A DNA stretch of 53,595 bases, counting the filler, from Jimgerdemannia flammicorona (Eukaryota), in assembly GCA_003990765.1 (NCBI GenBank). It is 3 parts of 3 records of this genome, joined end to end, with 100 filler letters (N's around TTAATTAATTAA, not from the genome) between each part and the next. Parts side by side here need not be neighbours in the genome. Positions count along the whole stretch, not along the records: positions 17,900 to 35,697 come from RBNJ01002402.1; positions 35,798 to 53,595 come from RBNJ01002403.1; 1 more part is not named here. One strand, given 5' to 3'. The translations under genes and the position numbers were made by a program. The notes beneath the pieces are model-generated. The model had not been told where the DNA came from. It saw nothing but the letters and a program-made list of their open reading frames with translations, and searched no databases. Each line of letters opens with the position of its first letter. The first letter of the stretch is position 1. Below are positions 23,238-36,964 of this stretch, piece after piece.

Positions 23238-26200
23238 GTCTCTTGGACTGCTCTTTATTACCAAAGTCTATAGTACTAACAATACAATGTCACTCCCACC
23301 CTCAACCAATGCCCTGTAGGCCCAGTCCTCCCCCCTTGACCTCCCCCTGCCCGAGCACCATCTGATTACCTACTACCCAAATCCTTCCACTACTCTTCTG
23401 GGAGATACACCACACCAAACCCCTGTGGTTCTCTCCACCCAGCCCCCAACCTTGCCATCAACTATTCAAAATGTCCAAAAGCAACTATTCCCAACATACC
23501 ACCTTGTCCCCAACCCCAACCCGATGCCCTTCCTCAAAGACATAAACCCAATGCCCAGCCAACCCAACCCACATAGCCAAAGCCCAACCAAGGGTCAGCC
23601 ATTCATCCCCAACTCCACCCACCAGTCACTGGCAGAGCTCTCTCCATCTCCCCCCTCCCTCTCCCTCCAAGGCACTCAGCCCTACTCGGTTCATAATACA
23701 TCTCCAAAACTCCTCCAAAACCTCACACTCACCAAGCCAATGTTCAGGCATTTGTACCACTCCTCTCTCCTGACCAACATTGAAACACTCCTCGCACTCG
23801 AATACTCCACCAGCCACCAAGTGCCCAGACCAATAGTTCAACATTACATTCCGCCATAGGATATGCCACCATATCACCCAGAACTTGGGGGGCAGCCACT
23901 GCCTCACCCTTTTGCTCCAAAGCCAGAGTCCATTCCAATCCCACTCCTCACCAATTCCAACCCTCTGCCAGGCTTCAGGCCACAGGTTTCCACCTAGGCC
24001 TCACAGACACTCCAGACCCTCGCCAAGCTGAAAGTTCTCCACCAGAATACCACCTAGTAGCAACCTGTCCCACTACTACATCCATGGTCCCCAATCCTCC
24101 TTGGCTTCATCACCTCGCTACCGAAGTTTAATCTTCTTAGTGCCATCTATCACCCCCCACCAGAAGCCCGTAAACTGTATCCTCCTACTCCCCTCCATGG
24201 CCACCATCGCGAGCAGGTCACCTGAGTCACCATGTGGGGAGTACCAAACCTCCCACAACCTCTGCATAAGTAGCACCCACTCTCAACCCTGAAGCTCACT
24301 TGCCCTTTACAACCACCAAGCTCTTAGACATAGAAGCCGCTTAGTAAAGTCCACTAAGTCCAGCCCACCTCTTTCCAAGGGCAGTGTGAGCACCTCCCAA
24401 CCAACCTGGCTTCGCCACCCTCCCCAGATCCATGACCTCACCATCTTCAACAGCCCCTTGACCACCCAGGTTGGGAAATCCAAATGATATCCCACATACC
24501 ATAGCTTTGGCATCCAATACACATTCAGCATCATCACCCTTCTGGCTAGGGACATATGCCAGCCTCTCTATTGCAGTAGAACATTTCCCCACTCCAGAAG
24601 TTTACAGTCCCACCATACCTGGGGAAGAAGAGATCTGAACACTGAGAAGTAGATCCCCAAATAATGCACTGGTTCTCCAGCTGGTACCACTGTCCCAATG
24701 ACATCACTACCAATAATCCCAGTGCCCAGCACCAGAATCTTGCATTTGTGTCAGTTCAGTTTAGTACCAGAACCTCTCTCATACTATTCCACAGACCTCT
24801 GTAACTCCCCCACATCCACCAAGGAGCCCAGTCTGACCACCATATCATCAGCAAAGGCCCCTACCTTCCAATTAATTCCTAAAATATCCAAACCCCCAAT
24901 CTGATGACAAATTCTGTCCAGTAGAGGTTCCAGGGAAAGGACATACAATATGGGCAACAAGGGGTCCCCTTGTGGTACCCCATGTCCCAGGAGAAAGGTT
25001 ACCCCCCTGTGGCCATTAATGACCAATATTGCCTGACTATCCTCTAAGAGGCTGATCAATGATCCTTGGAACCCTGGGGGGATACCAATCCATTTCAGCA
25101 CTCCCTCTAGCCATATCCTCTGCACTCTATCATAAACCTTCTCTTGGTCCAGAAACACCAATCTGCCATCCACCCCTGTCACCCAGGTACCTTCAATTAC
25201 TCCATGAACCCAAGCTGTCCCATCTCGAATCAACTGACTACCGACAAACCCATGCTGCTCCACACTAAGCACCTGCTGAGTGATTTCTTGCAGCCTCATC
25301 ACCAAAATATTTGTCACCAGTTTGTGGTCCATGTCGAGAAGCATAATTGGCTGCCAGTTCTTCCAGTTCTCATACCTCCCCTTATTCTTGTAGAGCAAGG
25401 AGACTAGCCCTAAGCGCTGTCCCCCAATCCAGGCACCAGACCAAAGAACTTCATCACACATAGCAGTCATCTCCTCTAGCACCTCACTCACCTCAGTCAT
25501 CTTCTGCCAAAAATCCCAGGGAAGTCCATTCTCTCCCAGGGCTATCCCCTTACTCATCGAGGCCACAACTCTGCAAATTTCCTCACCACTCACTGGGTCC
25601 CCCAACACCTCAAGTCCCATCACAGGGTCTGGGTGCCAATCCCCTAGCTACCTCTCAACATCCAGAGCATCCATTCCTCCTTCCTTCTCACTCTATAGAT
25701 TCTTCCACTGGGTTCTCAATAGGCCCAGAATCGCCGGAGACCCCACCACCAGCTTGCCATTCATATCCAGAACCCCCTCCCACCACTACTTTGTTCATCA
25801 TGCTTGTAACAACCATGATAAAAACCTAGTAGACCTCTCTCCCTCCTCAAGTCTCTGCCACCGCAGGCAGGCCACCATTCCCTGCAACTTCACCTCCTCC
25901 TCTCTTCATAACACTTCTTTAAGCTCTTCTACCTCCCATTGGATTCTCACAATATGCCAATCAGTCATGTCCCCATCCTCCAGCACACCTGCCCATCTCT
26001 CCATGAGTGCTGCCAGATGCTGCAAGGCCCACAGCATCCTCTGCCTTCGCTGGATACACTTTCCTTTCCCTGCCTCTCTCTAATACCCCTGAGCAGTCGC
26101 CTTTAGTCTTCTCCAGTGGTCTCCAATCCCCAGGCCTTGTTCCCGCCACCTACTGATATTTCCAACCACCTCTATTTCCCAACCCTCCCACAATACCCTA

Positions 26201-28998
26201 TCCTCCAATAAGGAAGAATTAAGCCACCAATGTCCAGGCCCATCCTCATTTCCCCCAAACCTCCTCCCTCCAAGCAGCCACCAGTGATCAGACCACAGAC
26301 ACCATATCACTTCTAGCACTGACCAGATATCAGCTCCCCAACACTCTGCCATCAGAACCCAGTCAATTCTAGAGCCCAGCCCTGCTGTCCAGTGAGTGTA
26401 CACCTGCTGATTGGCCCAAAAATGTCTTCCTGAGTCCACTAAAGAACATAACCTCTCTGTCTCCAACCAGTCACCCAGCCCACCACTTTTGCCTCACATG
26501 CCTCTCCCATCATCCATTCTATCCATCTCCTTATCCCATACCATGTTGAAGTCACCCCTCATATAGTCCAGGCCAACTTCTCCCAATACACCAGCCTCTT
26601 TCAATCTGCAAATCCAATCCACCCTCTCCCCTCTCTCAGCTGGGCAGTAACAAGACCCAACCATCAACAAGCCCCATCCAGGCCTCTTCTACATTCCCCA
26701 CACCACCCGAGACCCCCAATGTCCAATATCCTCAATGTCCTCCATCTCTTTCCAAATGAGAATGCACACTTTCCCCATCCATACTGCTGCACCCCCCCAT
26801 TCCTTAGTCCAATCCTGTAAGTCCACATCTGCCTCATATTATACATCTTGTAATAAGAAGAGGTCTGCATCCAGTCCCTTAAGCTATCCAAATATATACT
26901 TCCTCCTAGCCACCCCCCATAACCCATTAATGTTCAATGAGAATATCCTAGTTGTACTGTTCATATTGAAAAAATATTGTAATGGTGACCCCAACCTAGT
27001 ATTCTATGCTCATCTCATTCTCAGCCAGATCCAAGCACTGTTCATCTTCCAAGTCACCCTCCACATTAACCTGAGCATCTAGTGCCTCCAAGATTTCCTG
27101 ACATTCCACCCTGTCCATAACCTCTATATCTGACCAGTAGTCCAAGCAGACTACATGCCACTTCTCCAGTCCCTTCCTCAAGTTCCACAAGAAAAGTGCC
27201 CTGTCACTTGCAATCTTCCGAAGCTCCTCCTCTCGCTGATCATCAACTTGATATTCAACTGACTCCAGGAGGACAGCCAGGATCTCATTCCTCATCTTCC
27301 TCAGCACCTCCTCTCTCTGTAGGATCTCCACCCAATGCCTCTCTTCCATCACCTGGAAATCCTCACTCCCCAGCTCTTCAGCTGCTACCCCTTCCAGGGT
27401 CTTCTATATCCACTTCTCCTCATCCACTACCTCTGCCACACCCTGAGCAATTCATCCCCCATCCACCCCAGGGTCCATCAGTGCACTCCTCCTCACTGAC
27501 TCATTCCACTCCTCATCCAGCACATCCAGCAGCTCCTCCTCCCCCTCAGCTCCACCTGGGACACTATACTGAGGGTGCACACCCTCACCCATTTTGGCAT
27601 CTGCCTCCAAATTGCCTTCCCTCTCTTCCCCCACTCCAATTCGAGCTCCACCCTGAGCCATTTCTCCCCCCTCAGCCCAGGCACTCTCCTGCAACCCTGC
27701 AACTCCCTCCCCTGAGCTTCTACCAGCCCTACCCCCACCCAACCTCACCAGTAGCTCCTTCTGGATATTCCTCCCCTACATCTTCTCCTAGGCCCCCTTC
27801 TCCATCCAGACCCTCTTCCCATCTACCTCTCCTACCACCATCCTGGCCTCAAACTCCTTCCAGGCCAATCTTCTCCTTGCAACTACCCCTTCCAGATCCT
27901 TCAGAGCCTCCAACAGGTCCTCCTCCTCCTCCTGGGTCTCCTTCACCCTCATGACCTTACACTCCACTGGTCCCCACCTCAGCACTACTGGCCAGTCCCC
28001 CAACTTCTCTGTATTCTCCTTCTCAGCCAGCCTCACTCTGACATCGACATCACCAGTTCTAAGCTCCATGCCCTCTCAGACCTTGAACCCCACATCTACA
28101 ATCTCTCTATACTCCTTGATCGCCTCCACAACCAACTCCCTGATCCTCTCCTTCAACATAGTAGGGAGATCCAATACCATCAACTGCACCACTTGGGGGT
28201 CCCAGCATATGCACCAGGCCATAGGGACCACAATCTCACCAACTGTCACCCCCTTCTCCATGGCTGCCAACAAGGTGTCTTCCTCCTCAAACCCCACCTC
28301 AACCCCTTCCTTTTTCCTCAAAAACTTCACTGATACTGCTCCCTTAGCCTCCTGTGTCACCAGCCCCAAAATCATCCTTGCCATCACTACCAAGCCCCAG
28401 AAATACATAGTGACCGCGAATTCTGACCTTGACTTCTTGAGTAATGGGGCTGACACCATGCCCATCACTCTATCTGTCAGGTCCCCAGGCCTTGTGCCCA
28501 CTCCCAGTCCTGAATTGCCAACTGCCATCACATTTGGATTTTTTGCCAGATCTCTAGTTACAGCCCCATCAGCAGTCACAACCCCATCACTAGCCCCTAC
28601 TCTCACTCCTCCCCTACCACCTGAGACTCCCCTGGATATACCTCTCTGTCCCTCAGCAGCCACTGTCAATGCCTTCCCCAGGCCCAGCCAATTATCAAGA
28701 CCTAAGGTCATCTTCCCCATTCTGACCTTATCAGCAAAGGTCGACCTCTTTCCACCTCTCTGCCTCAGCCCGCCCCTCCCTCCACCACCAGGACCTCAGC
28801 TAGCCATTGAGGCCCCCAGCATCTCCAAACCATCTCCCCTCCTCCCTACCTGCTGCCAGCCAAAGGCACCGGCACCCCCCTGGCCAGTATGCTCACCAGT
28901 TCGATTATTGTCATCTATGTTAATAGTTGCTTGATACCGAAAACATAGTAAAAAGTATTGCCTGAGTTCTTGTATCACCCGAATATTACTGGTGAAAG
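23206..28998 (-). mobile_element. L1/Tx1-clade LINE copy 2, full length (second subfamily), nested in copy 3
   Basis: Poly(T) 23206-23234. ORF2 ~23300-26964 (MNSTTRIFSLNING, GVPQGDP, GAFADDM, PEHWLGEC) and ORF1 ~26996-28918. Shared 5' end CTTTC.C. Degenerate ~14-bp duplication AGTGATCCCAATAG / AGTGATCTCTATGG. Confidence 0.93.
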
Positions 28999-29765
28999 AT
29001 ACTATTGGGATCACTACTCTTTCCACTACCACCTTCTTTTCTATTATCTCTAATAATATATCCTTCTTCTCAAATCCAACCTCCACTCTTTCCAGATTCT
29101 TCAAGAACTTCACTGAGGCTGCACCCTTCACCTCCTAGATCAGAAGCTCCAGAATCATCCTTGTAGTTACTGTCAGTTCTCAGAAATATAGTATGATAGC
29201 AAATTCAGACCTTAATTTCTTGAGTAATAGTACTACTACCAGCTCTATTATACTGTCTGCCAGATCTGTGAGCCTTGTGTCCACCCTCTGTTTATATCTA
29301 CCATCAGCTATCATATCTGGATTTTTTTCCAGATTAGTAGTCTCTTTGCTATTAGCAGTCTCACTCTTCTTAGCTCCTACATCTTCCACTCTGCTGCTCT
29401 TGCCACCATAGACCACTTCACCAGATCTAGCAGCCCTTACCATCTTCTTGTTCTTTCTTAGATAGCTCTTCAGTCTGGTCACTAAATGACTCTCCTTCAC
29501 TCTATCTATAAAGTTTACTCTTATAGTCTTCTGATCTCCAGTACTGTCTTCTCTCCTTCTATATCCTCCAGTCAGCAAGCTCTACATACTTCTCCCCAAA
29601 CTATGACTCTTTCCTACATACTGTTAGTTGAATGTACTAGAGCTACCCTGCTCAGTATACATCTTGGAATACTTATTGGTTACTATGTTTTTAGTACCTT
29701 TTTTCCAAAAATAATATCTTGAGTGTTGCCAGAAGTTAGTATAATCTGAATATTATTAGAGAAAG
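28999..29765 (-). mobile_element. Old LINE copy 3, fragment A (5' UTR and ORF1 N-terminus), inserted into a Gypsy RT
   Basis: The 5' end matches 47742-47880. 'LLKKLRSEFAIILYF' and 'VKFLKNLERVEVGFE' are ORF1 motifs. Confidence 0.85.
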
Positions 29766-32700
29766 ATGTCTTTTGAGGGTCTATATTGATCTCTTTAGCA
29801 GAGATAATATATCCTAAATACTTGATCTGGTCTTGATAGAACTTATACTTACTCATCTTAGTATAGAGCTAGTGTTCTTACAGAAGAGTCAGTATCTATC
29901 TGAGGTGGGTATAGTATAGTTCTACTATTTTACTGTAGATTAGTATATCATTAATATATACAAGGATACAAATGTTGAGTAGTAATCCAAAGCTATCATT
30001 CATTAGATATTGAAATATTACTAGTATATTAGTTAAGTCAAAAGATATAACTTAGAACTGATAGTATCTAAACTATATTCAGAAAGCTGTCTTTTTAATA
30101 TCCTTCTCATCATTGAGGATCTGATAGTAATCATTTTACAAGTCTAGTAGGGAAAAGGTCTTAGTCTTGAAGATTTAGTGTAACAACTTATCAATTCTAG
30201 GTAAGACATACTGGTTCTTGATAGTGATCTTGTTGAGAGCTCTATAGTTAATATATATTTACAGAGAGCTATTCTTCTTCTTAATATATAGAATAGGAGC
30301 TCTAAATAAAGAATAGCTGAGTTTAATATATTCTTGAGTCAGTAGTTTGATCAACTCATCCTTGAGAGTCTTGAGTTCAGATTAGATCAGATAGTAGATA
30401 CTCTTATATAAGAGTTCAGATCCTGAGATAAGATCAATTCTATGTTAGATTTGGTACTTAAGTAGAAGTCTTTTGAGCTCCTAGAATATATCTTGAAATT
30501 TTTCAAATAGTTCTTGAGCTTCTAGTAATACTGGACTACTTGGGGCTTTAGGAACTTTTTATATAGTATAGATAAAGTATATGTTCTTCTTTTTGCAGAA
30601 GAGTCTTTTTATCTGAATTGTAGAGATAATCTTGATTTCTTAGTAGTTAGTATTTTTTTGAGATATCAGAGTGACTTTTCTACTTTCATGAGTCAGGTTA
30701 ACTTCATTGGTCCTCTAGTTGATATCTGGGTTATACTGGATCAACCAGACCTTTTCTAGAATAATATATATCTTATTTTGGAAGATCTATAATACTGAAG
30801 TTAAACTTTTCTTAGTATTTGCCAATCTTGAACAATAGGTCTTTACAGATTTTGATCAAAGACATAGTCTTACTATCACTAAAGATGATACTTCTTTTCT
30901 CAATAACTGGTCTACTTTAGGCTCCAATTCTCTTGATAGTCTTAGTGTTAATATAGTTTTCAGTAGCACTACTATCTAGTAAGATATTAACATCCTGTCT
31001 ATAAACTTGGTCTGTGAACTTGATACAACTATCCTCTTTCTTAATAATATTGAGTTCTTCATCATTATCATCTCAATTACTGTCAGTCTCCTTGAAGTCA
31101 GTCTCTCTCCATCCTTCACAAAAAGAGTAGTCTGGTTTGGATTCCTCAGTTTATTGGGCTTAGTATTTCTTAGATTGATTTTGAAAACCTTAGAGAGACA
31201 TATATTATATTTACTAATATATTCCATATAGTATATTTAGATAGAATGAGAGTATTGTCTATATAGTATATAACTATCTATAATTCTCTTGTACTAGTTT
31301 TTATCATCTTTCTTCATAGTGGCAACCTTTTGACTGAGGAGTTTATTGGTTGATCTAAACTCTTTCTTACTATAGTCTATCTGAGAGAGTTCAGAGACTT
31401 CTTTAATGATAAGATCTTAATGGATTTTTTCAATAATTGCTTAGATAATTCTTTAGCCTACTCTGACTTCAAATTAGGTATTTCTAAAATTTTATAAGAT
31501 AATATAGATTTTACTAATAAAATCTTAGTCAACTACTTCTCTTCTTAGCCTGATATTGAATTCTTTAGTCAAACTGCTTTATTTAGTAAGATGGATATAT
31601 ATTTCTTTAGGAACTTATATTACAATTTCAGTATATTGTAGCATTAGTGCTTGGTAGAAAGTGAGGTCCTGGCTACTATAGAGATCATATCCAGCATCAG
31701 TAGGATGGGTCTTAGTAGAGATAATAGCCTTATATCATGTTTTCTATACTTTGATAATATTCTCAGAATTCTTCTTTTCTAATCTTTCTCTGATGATAGT
31801 AATGTTCTAATTATTGAATTCATCTAATGAGTTTTAGTTTCTCTTTTCAGAATATCTAAAGGAGATATATTCTGTCTTCTTGCAAATAAAGTACAATATT
31901 TTTTTATAAAGCTATTTTAGTTTTTCTGGTCTCTTTGGTTATTCCTTCTAGGGGGACTCTTCTTGTCTTAGTTATCCTTCTTATATTTAGTATGTCAGAG
32001 GGTCTATATAGTAAGGATCTTATAAGCTCTTCTTTATACTTAAGCAAAGTACTATGAGTAGTATAGATATCCTTGAAAAAGATCTTATTCCTTAATCTTC
32101 TAAGTGAGTCAGTCTGGTAGGATAGCAAAGAAATAGTTAGTCTTAATACTATTGATGGCTAAATTATTTTCTTGATAGATAAGTTCTACAATTTGGAGAT
32201 AGGTATCTATTCTAATGATAAAGATTTCTAGATCCTCTTCACTATTTTTGTAAAAATTTATCTGAGTTAATTTGTTTCAAGTTTCTTATATATAGGCCAT
32301 ATTTCAGAATTTATTCAGTAGTAAGATCTTGAGTTCTGGACCTACTATATAGTTATTCCAACCTGATCTGTTTTGGCTAACTACCTATCTATTGACTTAA
32401 TGGCAGTCTTTTTAGATTACTGAGTATTCTTCTAGAGTATATCAGAACTTGGCTGCTATTCCAGTAAAGAATATTACTACTGTTTCTACTTATACTACTA
32501 ATGTGGCAAATAACTATTAAATAGTACTATTTCTATTATTGATGAATATTCCTATAAGTACTCAGTTATATATCATTCTATTAATTTGCTTAGTATTCTA
32601 TATCTACTGCATTGATGAAGGTTTTGATATTATGTTTTTTCTACTAAAAGTAGAAATTATCAAAGTCTTGATTAGTTTGTTCTGTTTAGTAATTTATTCT

Positions 32701-33890
32701 ATTATCTCTGCTAATATAGCTAGCTAAGCAGTTAGAGTCTGAATATTAGTATCTGTTATTATATTGGCTACTAGTAGTGAGTATATAGAGGTAGATTCTC
32801 CTAAAGACTATTTAGCCTACTGAGGTTATAGTGCTAAGTAACTTAGAGTTGCTTGATTTCTAAAGATTAGATCAAAGAGTCCTATAAGAGTAAGTAAACT
32901 AAATCTCTATATAGATATCTGAGTTGGTTCTGGGGTTTGATCTTCTTGACCTATAAGTCTTTAGTAAATTCCTAGATCTACTATTTCCTATTGGCTATTA
33001 TTAGATTAGTATCCTGTTAAGTCTTCATCTGACTTTCTTCTCTAATGAGATAGTACATTCTCGTACTGACTAGATTCTTTAAAGAAAATATCAGATTCTG
33101 GCTAGATAGATGAATCTGCTCTTTGATCAGAGTGATCTATCTGTTTATTCTTATATCTTAATATAGTAGTAGCATAGTATACAACTAGTCAGTAGTAGAA
33201 AAAGGTTCAGATAGGAGTGTATAGTATCTATTAGATGTAATTCATCAATAGCTACTGCTCTTGCTATAGAAGAAACTATTGAGATATAACTTAAAAATTC
33301 CTAGATAGTAGCTATTGTAGATTTCTGAGTCTTAGTAACCCCAACATAGTTATAGATAAGGATGTAGAATCTATAGTAGCTACTTACATTCCTAAGGCCT
33401 AGGTAATAGTTTCTAAAGGCCTTATATAGGTCTCTATATCAGAAGCTGATATAGCCTTGAGTCTGTATTTTTCTGATATTATCTAGTTTTAGTAGTAATT
33501 GTTAGATAGGCTCTGATTTATAAATTTGTTCCTTGGGAATCTATAGTTGATTCTAAAGTTACTCTTATCTAAGATTGGTCTTATTTCAACTTCTCAAAAG
33601 TATGTTCTTAATACTATTTTGGCTCAGTAATTTTATTGCTACTAAGTTGTAATAATCCTCTTTCTATCTCTCTCTTATTCTTGAATAATTAGGAAAACAA
33701 GGTATTACTTAAGGACTTAGTACACAAATATACTAAGAAGCCTTAGTATAAAGAAGCACTTACTTAAAGTAGTTATAGTGATAATATTTTTTTAATAACT
33801 ATAGTTATAAGAGACTTGTTCTTTGCTATATACAGACAAAATTTATCTTAGAATTCAGATTTAATAAGAGGGTTTTCTTAAGTCTTTAAG
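29766..33890 (-). mobile_element. Gypsy LTR retrotransposon: 5' LTR-PBS-gag(CCHC)-dUTPase-protease-RT, heavily mutated, cut by LINEs at both ends
   Basis: LTR end ...TATTACA at 33648, followed by a decayed PBS TAGTAGCA (TGGTAGCA). Knuckle 'LYFICKKTEYISFRY' ~31855-31900. Protease 'ILLDSSATENYI' ~30950-30985 and 'WLIQYNPDIN*R'. RT 'INYRALNKITIKNQYVLPRID', 'KTAF', 'VYINDILIYS', 'YLGYIIS'. Confidence 0.9.
31345..31765 (-). pseudogene. Trimeric dUTPase domain inside the Gypsy polyprotein, disrupted
   Basis: All five motifs are recognisable in order: 'AIISTKTHPTDAGYDLYS' (I, 31681-31695), '*SSLTK' (II, RSSLA), 'EVVD*DFISKI' (III, GVVD.D+.GEI), 'G*RII*AII' (IV, G.RIAQ), 'IDYSKKEFRSTN' (V, T.RG..GFGST). 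Confidence 0.9.
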
Positions 33891-33909
33891 ATATATATAT
33901 ATATATATA

Positions 33910-35688
33910 TTTTTCTTTTTTTTAAAGTCACTTGAACTCCACTATTTATTATCAATTTATTCATAATTATACATCATCTCCTCCCCCTATCTGATTCCCA
34001 TAGAGGAGCCTCTCTTTATATTATTGTAAATAAAGACTATCTTCTCACCCACTACCCCCATCCTCCCCTTACTCTGCTTACAGATCTTCTCTACTAAGTA
34101 GTACCTTTGACCACTCTGCAGCCCCCAACCAAGCCACTAGCCTGTCAAGGTGTCTTTTATAAGGCTCTGCTAATGCAACAACCAGTTCTCCAAGCCAAGT
34201 CTCCTTCTATCTTCAAAAACAAATAGCCAGTAACTAGCCAACCTCACTCAAATTACCAAAACCCAGCCTAAGATAAGCTACTCCTTTCCCACCCCCCCCC
34301 ACTAGTCTATTCCTCAGATCCTCCCACCAATTCTACATACCATCACTCTAATACACTATTCCCAAGTAATTCCCAATAGTCTGCCAGAAGTCACTAAGTA
34401 TCTCATACTCCCCTAGCCAATGTTCAGGTGTCTACACATATCTCTCTTCCTGCTCTACATTGTAGTACTCCTTGTAGTCAAAGCAATCCCTCTCAATAAG
34501 ATGATCTGAGCAGAAATTGAGCATCACATTCCTCCTCAGCATATACTATCAGACCACCCAGTACTTCAGCAGCATCCATCTCCTCACCTTAGCACTCCAG
34601 GCCTACATGCTATACTAGTTCCATTCTTCTCTAATGTTAACTCTCTGCTATCCACTAGGCCACAGATCCTAGCCTTGTCTCCTTTGGTAGTCTATCTCAT
34701 CACCAATGTTGAACTTGATTAAAAGAACATCTCTCAACAATACTCAGTCCCATCTCCACATCACTGAGTCCCAAGCTACCTCTCCTTTATTACCCTACCA
34801 ACAAATTCCAATGCAGTATGCTCCCTCTGCTACTCTCTACTAGAAGCCTTTATATTGCAATTGCATAGTTTTCTGAAGTCCCACCAATGAAAGGAGATTA
34901 TCTGTCAATCCTCTTGGTGAGGTTCTCATCTTCCAGACCTTCTGTAATAGAGGAACTCAACTGCCTCTTCTCAATTCCACTACTCTCTTCAACTATCATA
35001 CTCTCAAGCAGTATAGCTACTTCAGAAAGTCAACCAGCCCAAGTCCTCCTCTTGCTACTGGTAAAGATAAGACCTTCCAACTAATCTGATCCCTTCTTTC
35101 AGCCCAGATCCACTCTTTGGCCAGCTTCAACAATCGCTTCACTACTCAGACTGAAAAGTCCAGATGATAAGCCAGATACTATAACTTTGACAGCCAATAG
35201 ATATTCAAAATCGAGATATATCCCACTAGAGATAAATGGCAACCCCCCTAACTCTGTAGGGCCTCCCCCCAGATTCTAACCCTCTGCTCCCATCAAAGTC
35301 TAAACAGTACTGACCTATATACTGACAAATAAATACCCAAGTACCATACTACCTCATCAGTAGGAATAATTGTTCCAATGATGTCCCTATCCATCAGACC
35401 AGTGTCCAACACTATTGTTTCACACTTGTACCAATTGAGTTTGGTACCAGAGTTCTCCTCATACATACTACTCCACCATCTTCTTGAGCTCCTCAATATT
35501 AGTAACAAATCCCAGATCAACAATTATATTATCTGCAAAGGCCCCAACTTTCCACCCAATCTCAAAGACAGAGAGCTTCATTATCTTCTACCTGATTCTG
35601 TCCATTAGGGGCTCCAGAGAAAGGATATATAGAATGGGGGACAGTGGGTCCCCCTGGGGTACTCCCCTACTCAGGAAAAATGATACTT
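33910..35688 (-). mobile_element. L1/Tx1-clade LINE copy 4, 3' part up to the RT PQG motif; broken by the assembly gap
   Basis: T-rich tail next to a (TA)n tract within the Gypsy LTR. 'GVPQGDPLSPILY' at ~35630-35670. Collinear with the other copies. Confidence 0.9.
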
Positions 35689-35697
35689 CTTTTTTTT

Positions 35698-35797
35698 NNN
35701 NNNNNNNNNNNNNNNNNNNNNNNNNNNNNNNNNNNNNNNNNTTAATTAATTAANNNNNNNNNNNNNNNNNNNNNNNNNNNNNNNNNNNNNNNNNNNN
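35698..35797. other. Artificial assembly spacer (N44-TTAATTAATTAA-N44)
   Basis: Same linker as 17800-17899. Both flanking contigs end in T or A homopolymers. Confidence 0.98.
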
Positions 35798-36116
35798 AAA
35801 AAAAAAAAAAAAAAAAAAAAAAAAACAGAGATAGTGCAAACCTCTTCAGAGAGGGCTTGATGGTGGGTCTTGGGAAGAATAGAGTAGCAGACAGTGGGCA
35901 GAGCAATGATGTTGAGGGCAAGAACTAACTGGAACTGAGAGAGGAGTGGATGACCAGATGAACAAAGATCCAGAGGAAGGAAAAGGATAGCAAATAAGAT
36001 ATAGGTCTCAAATGAGATAGTAGTAGAGATAAAAGTGGGGGGAGGGAGAGGAGGAAGAACCTTGCCCATAACCTCATCAAAAGAAATGAAGGCCCTGAGG
36101 GCAGATAGTACAGCAG

Positions 36117-36944
36117 TAGAGAAAGAGAGCCCAGTGGGAACCAGGGGAGTGAACCCAGAGCCAGTATCAAAGTGAATAGAAGATATATAGAAGAGTATAT
36201 ATAAGGGGGACAAATAAAGAATATAATCAAAAATATATCAGCTGTTTATTGCTATGTAAAAAAATAGTTCTTATATGTATACAAAATATGATATCTCAAA
36301 AGAGAGAATACATAACAACTTGGAGCAAACTGAATTAGAAACCACATAACTACTAGAGATAAGTAGAGATAAAGGAGGAGTCAATCCCAGTTATAGGATA
36401 AAAATTACAAATAAACATAAATAAAACAAATCCAAATTAAGATTAAAAAAAAACATCCTTGCCCCCTCTGAGGTCTCACACTTGCTCTGGGGTCTCAGCC
36501 TTACTCCACTCCTCTCTGCTGCCTTTGGCCCCTTACTTTACTTAGACTCACTGCAGCTCACTCTATTTCAGCCTTACCTCTTACTCATGCTCACCCATTT
36601 AGAGTCTGCAGATGTTTTTTAATCTCAATTTGGATTTGTTTTATTTGTATTTATTTGTGATTTTTATCTATCAACTGGGATTGGCTCTCTCTTTATCTCT
36701 GCTTATCTCCAGTGATCATATGGTTTCTAATTCAGTTTACCTTAAGTTGTAGTACATTCTCCCTTTTGAAATATTATATTTTATATATAAGGATCACATT
36801 TTTATATAGTAATAAATGGCTGATGTATTTTCAGTTATATTCTTTGTTCATCTCTCTTATATATACTCTTCTATATATCTTCTGTTTGCTTTGACACTAG
36901 CTCTGAGCTTTCTCTCCTGGCTCCTGCTAGGCTCTCTTTCTCTA
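36117..36944. repeat. Long inverted repeat (arms of about 335 bp, spacer of about 155 bp); foldback/MITE-like
   Basis: 36117-36456 is the reverse complement of 36611-36944, differing mostly by transitions. No convincing TSD seen. Confidence 0.85.
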
Positions 36945-36964
36945 TCTCACCAAAGTAGTAAGTG

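Noticed and set aside
27196..28934. Long Ser/Pro/Thr-rich ORFs antisense to LINE ORF1 (also 8888-9622, 47973-48932, 48951-49628)
   Set aside because: Shadow frames of a purine-rich coding strand, with no independent motifs.
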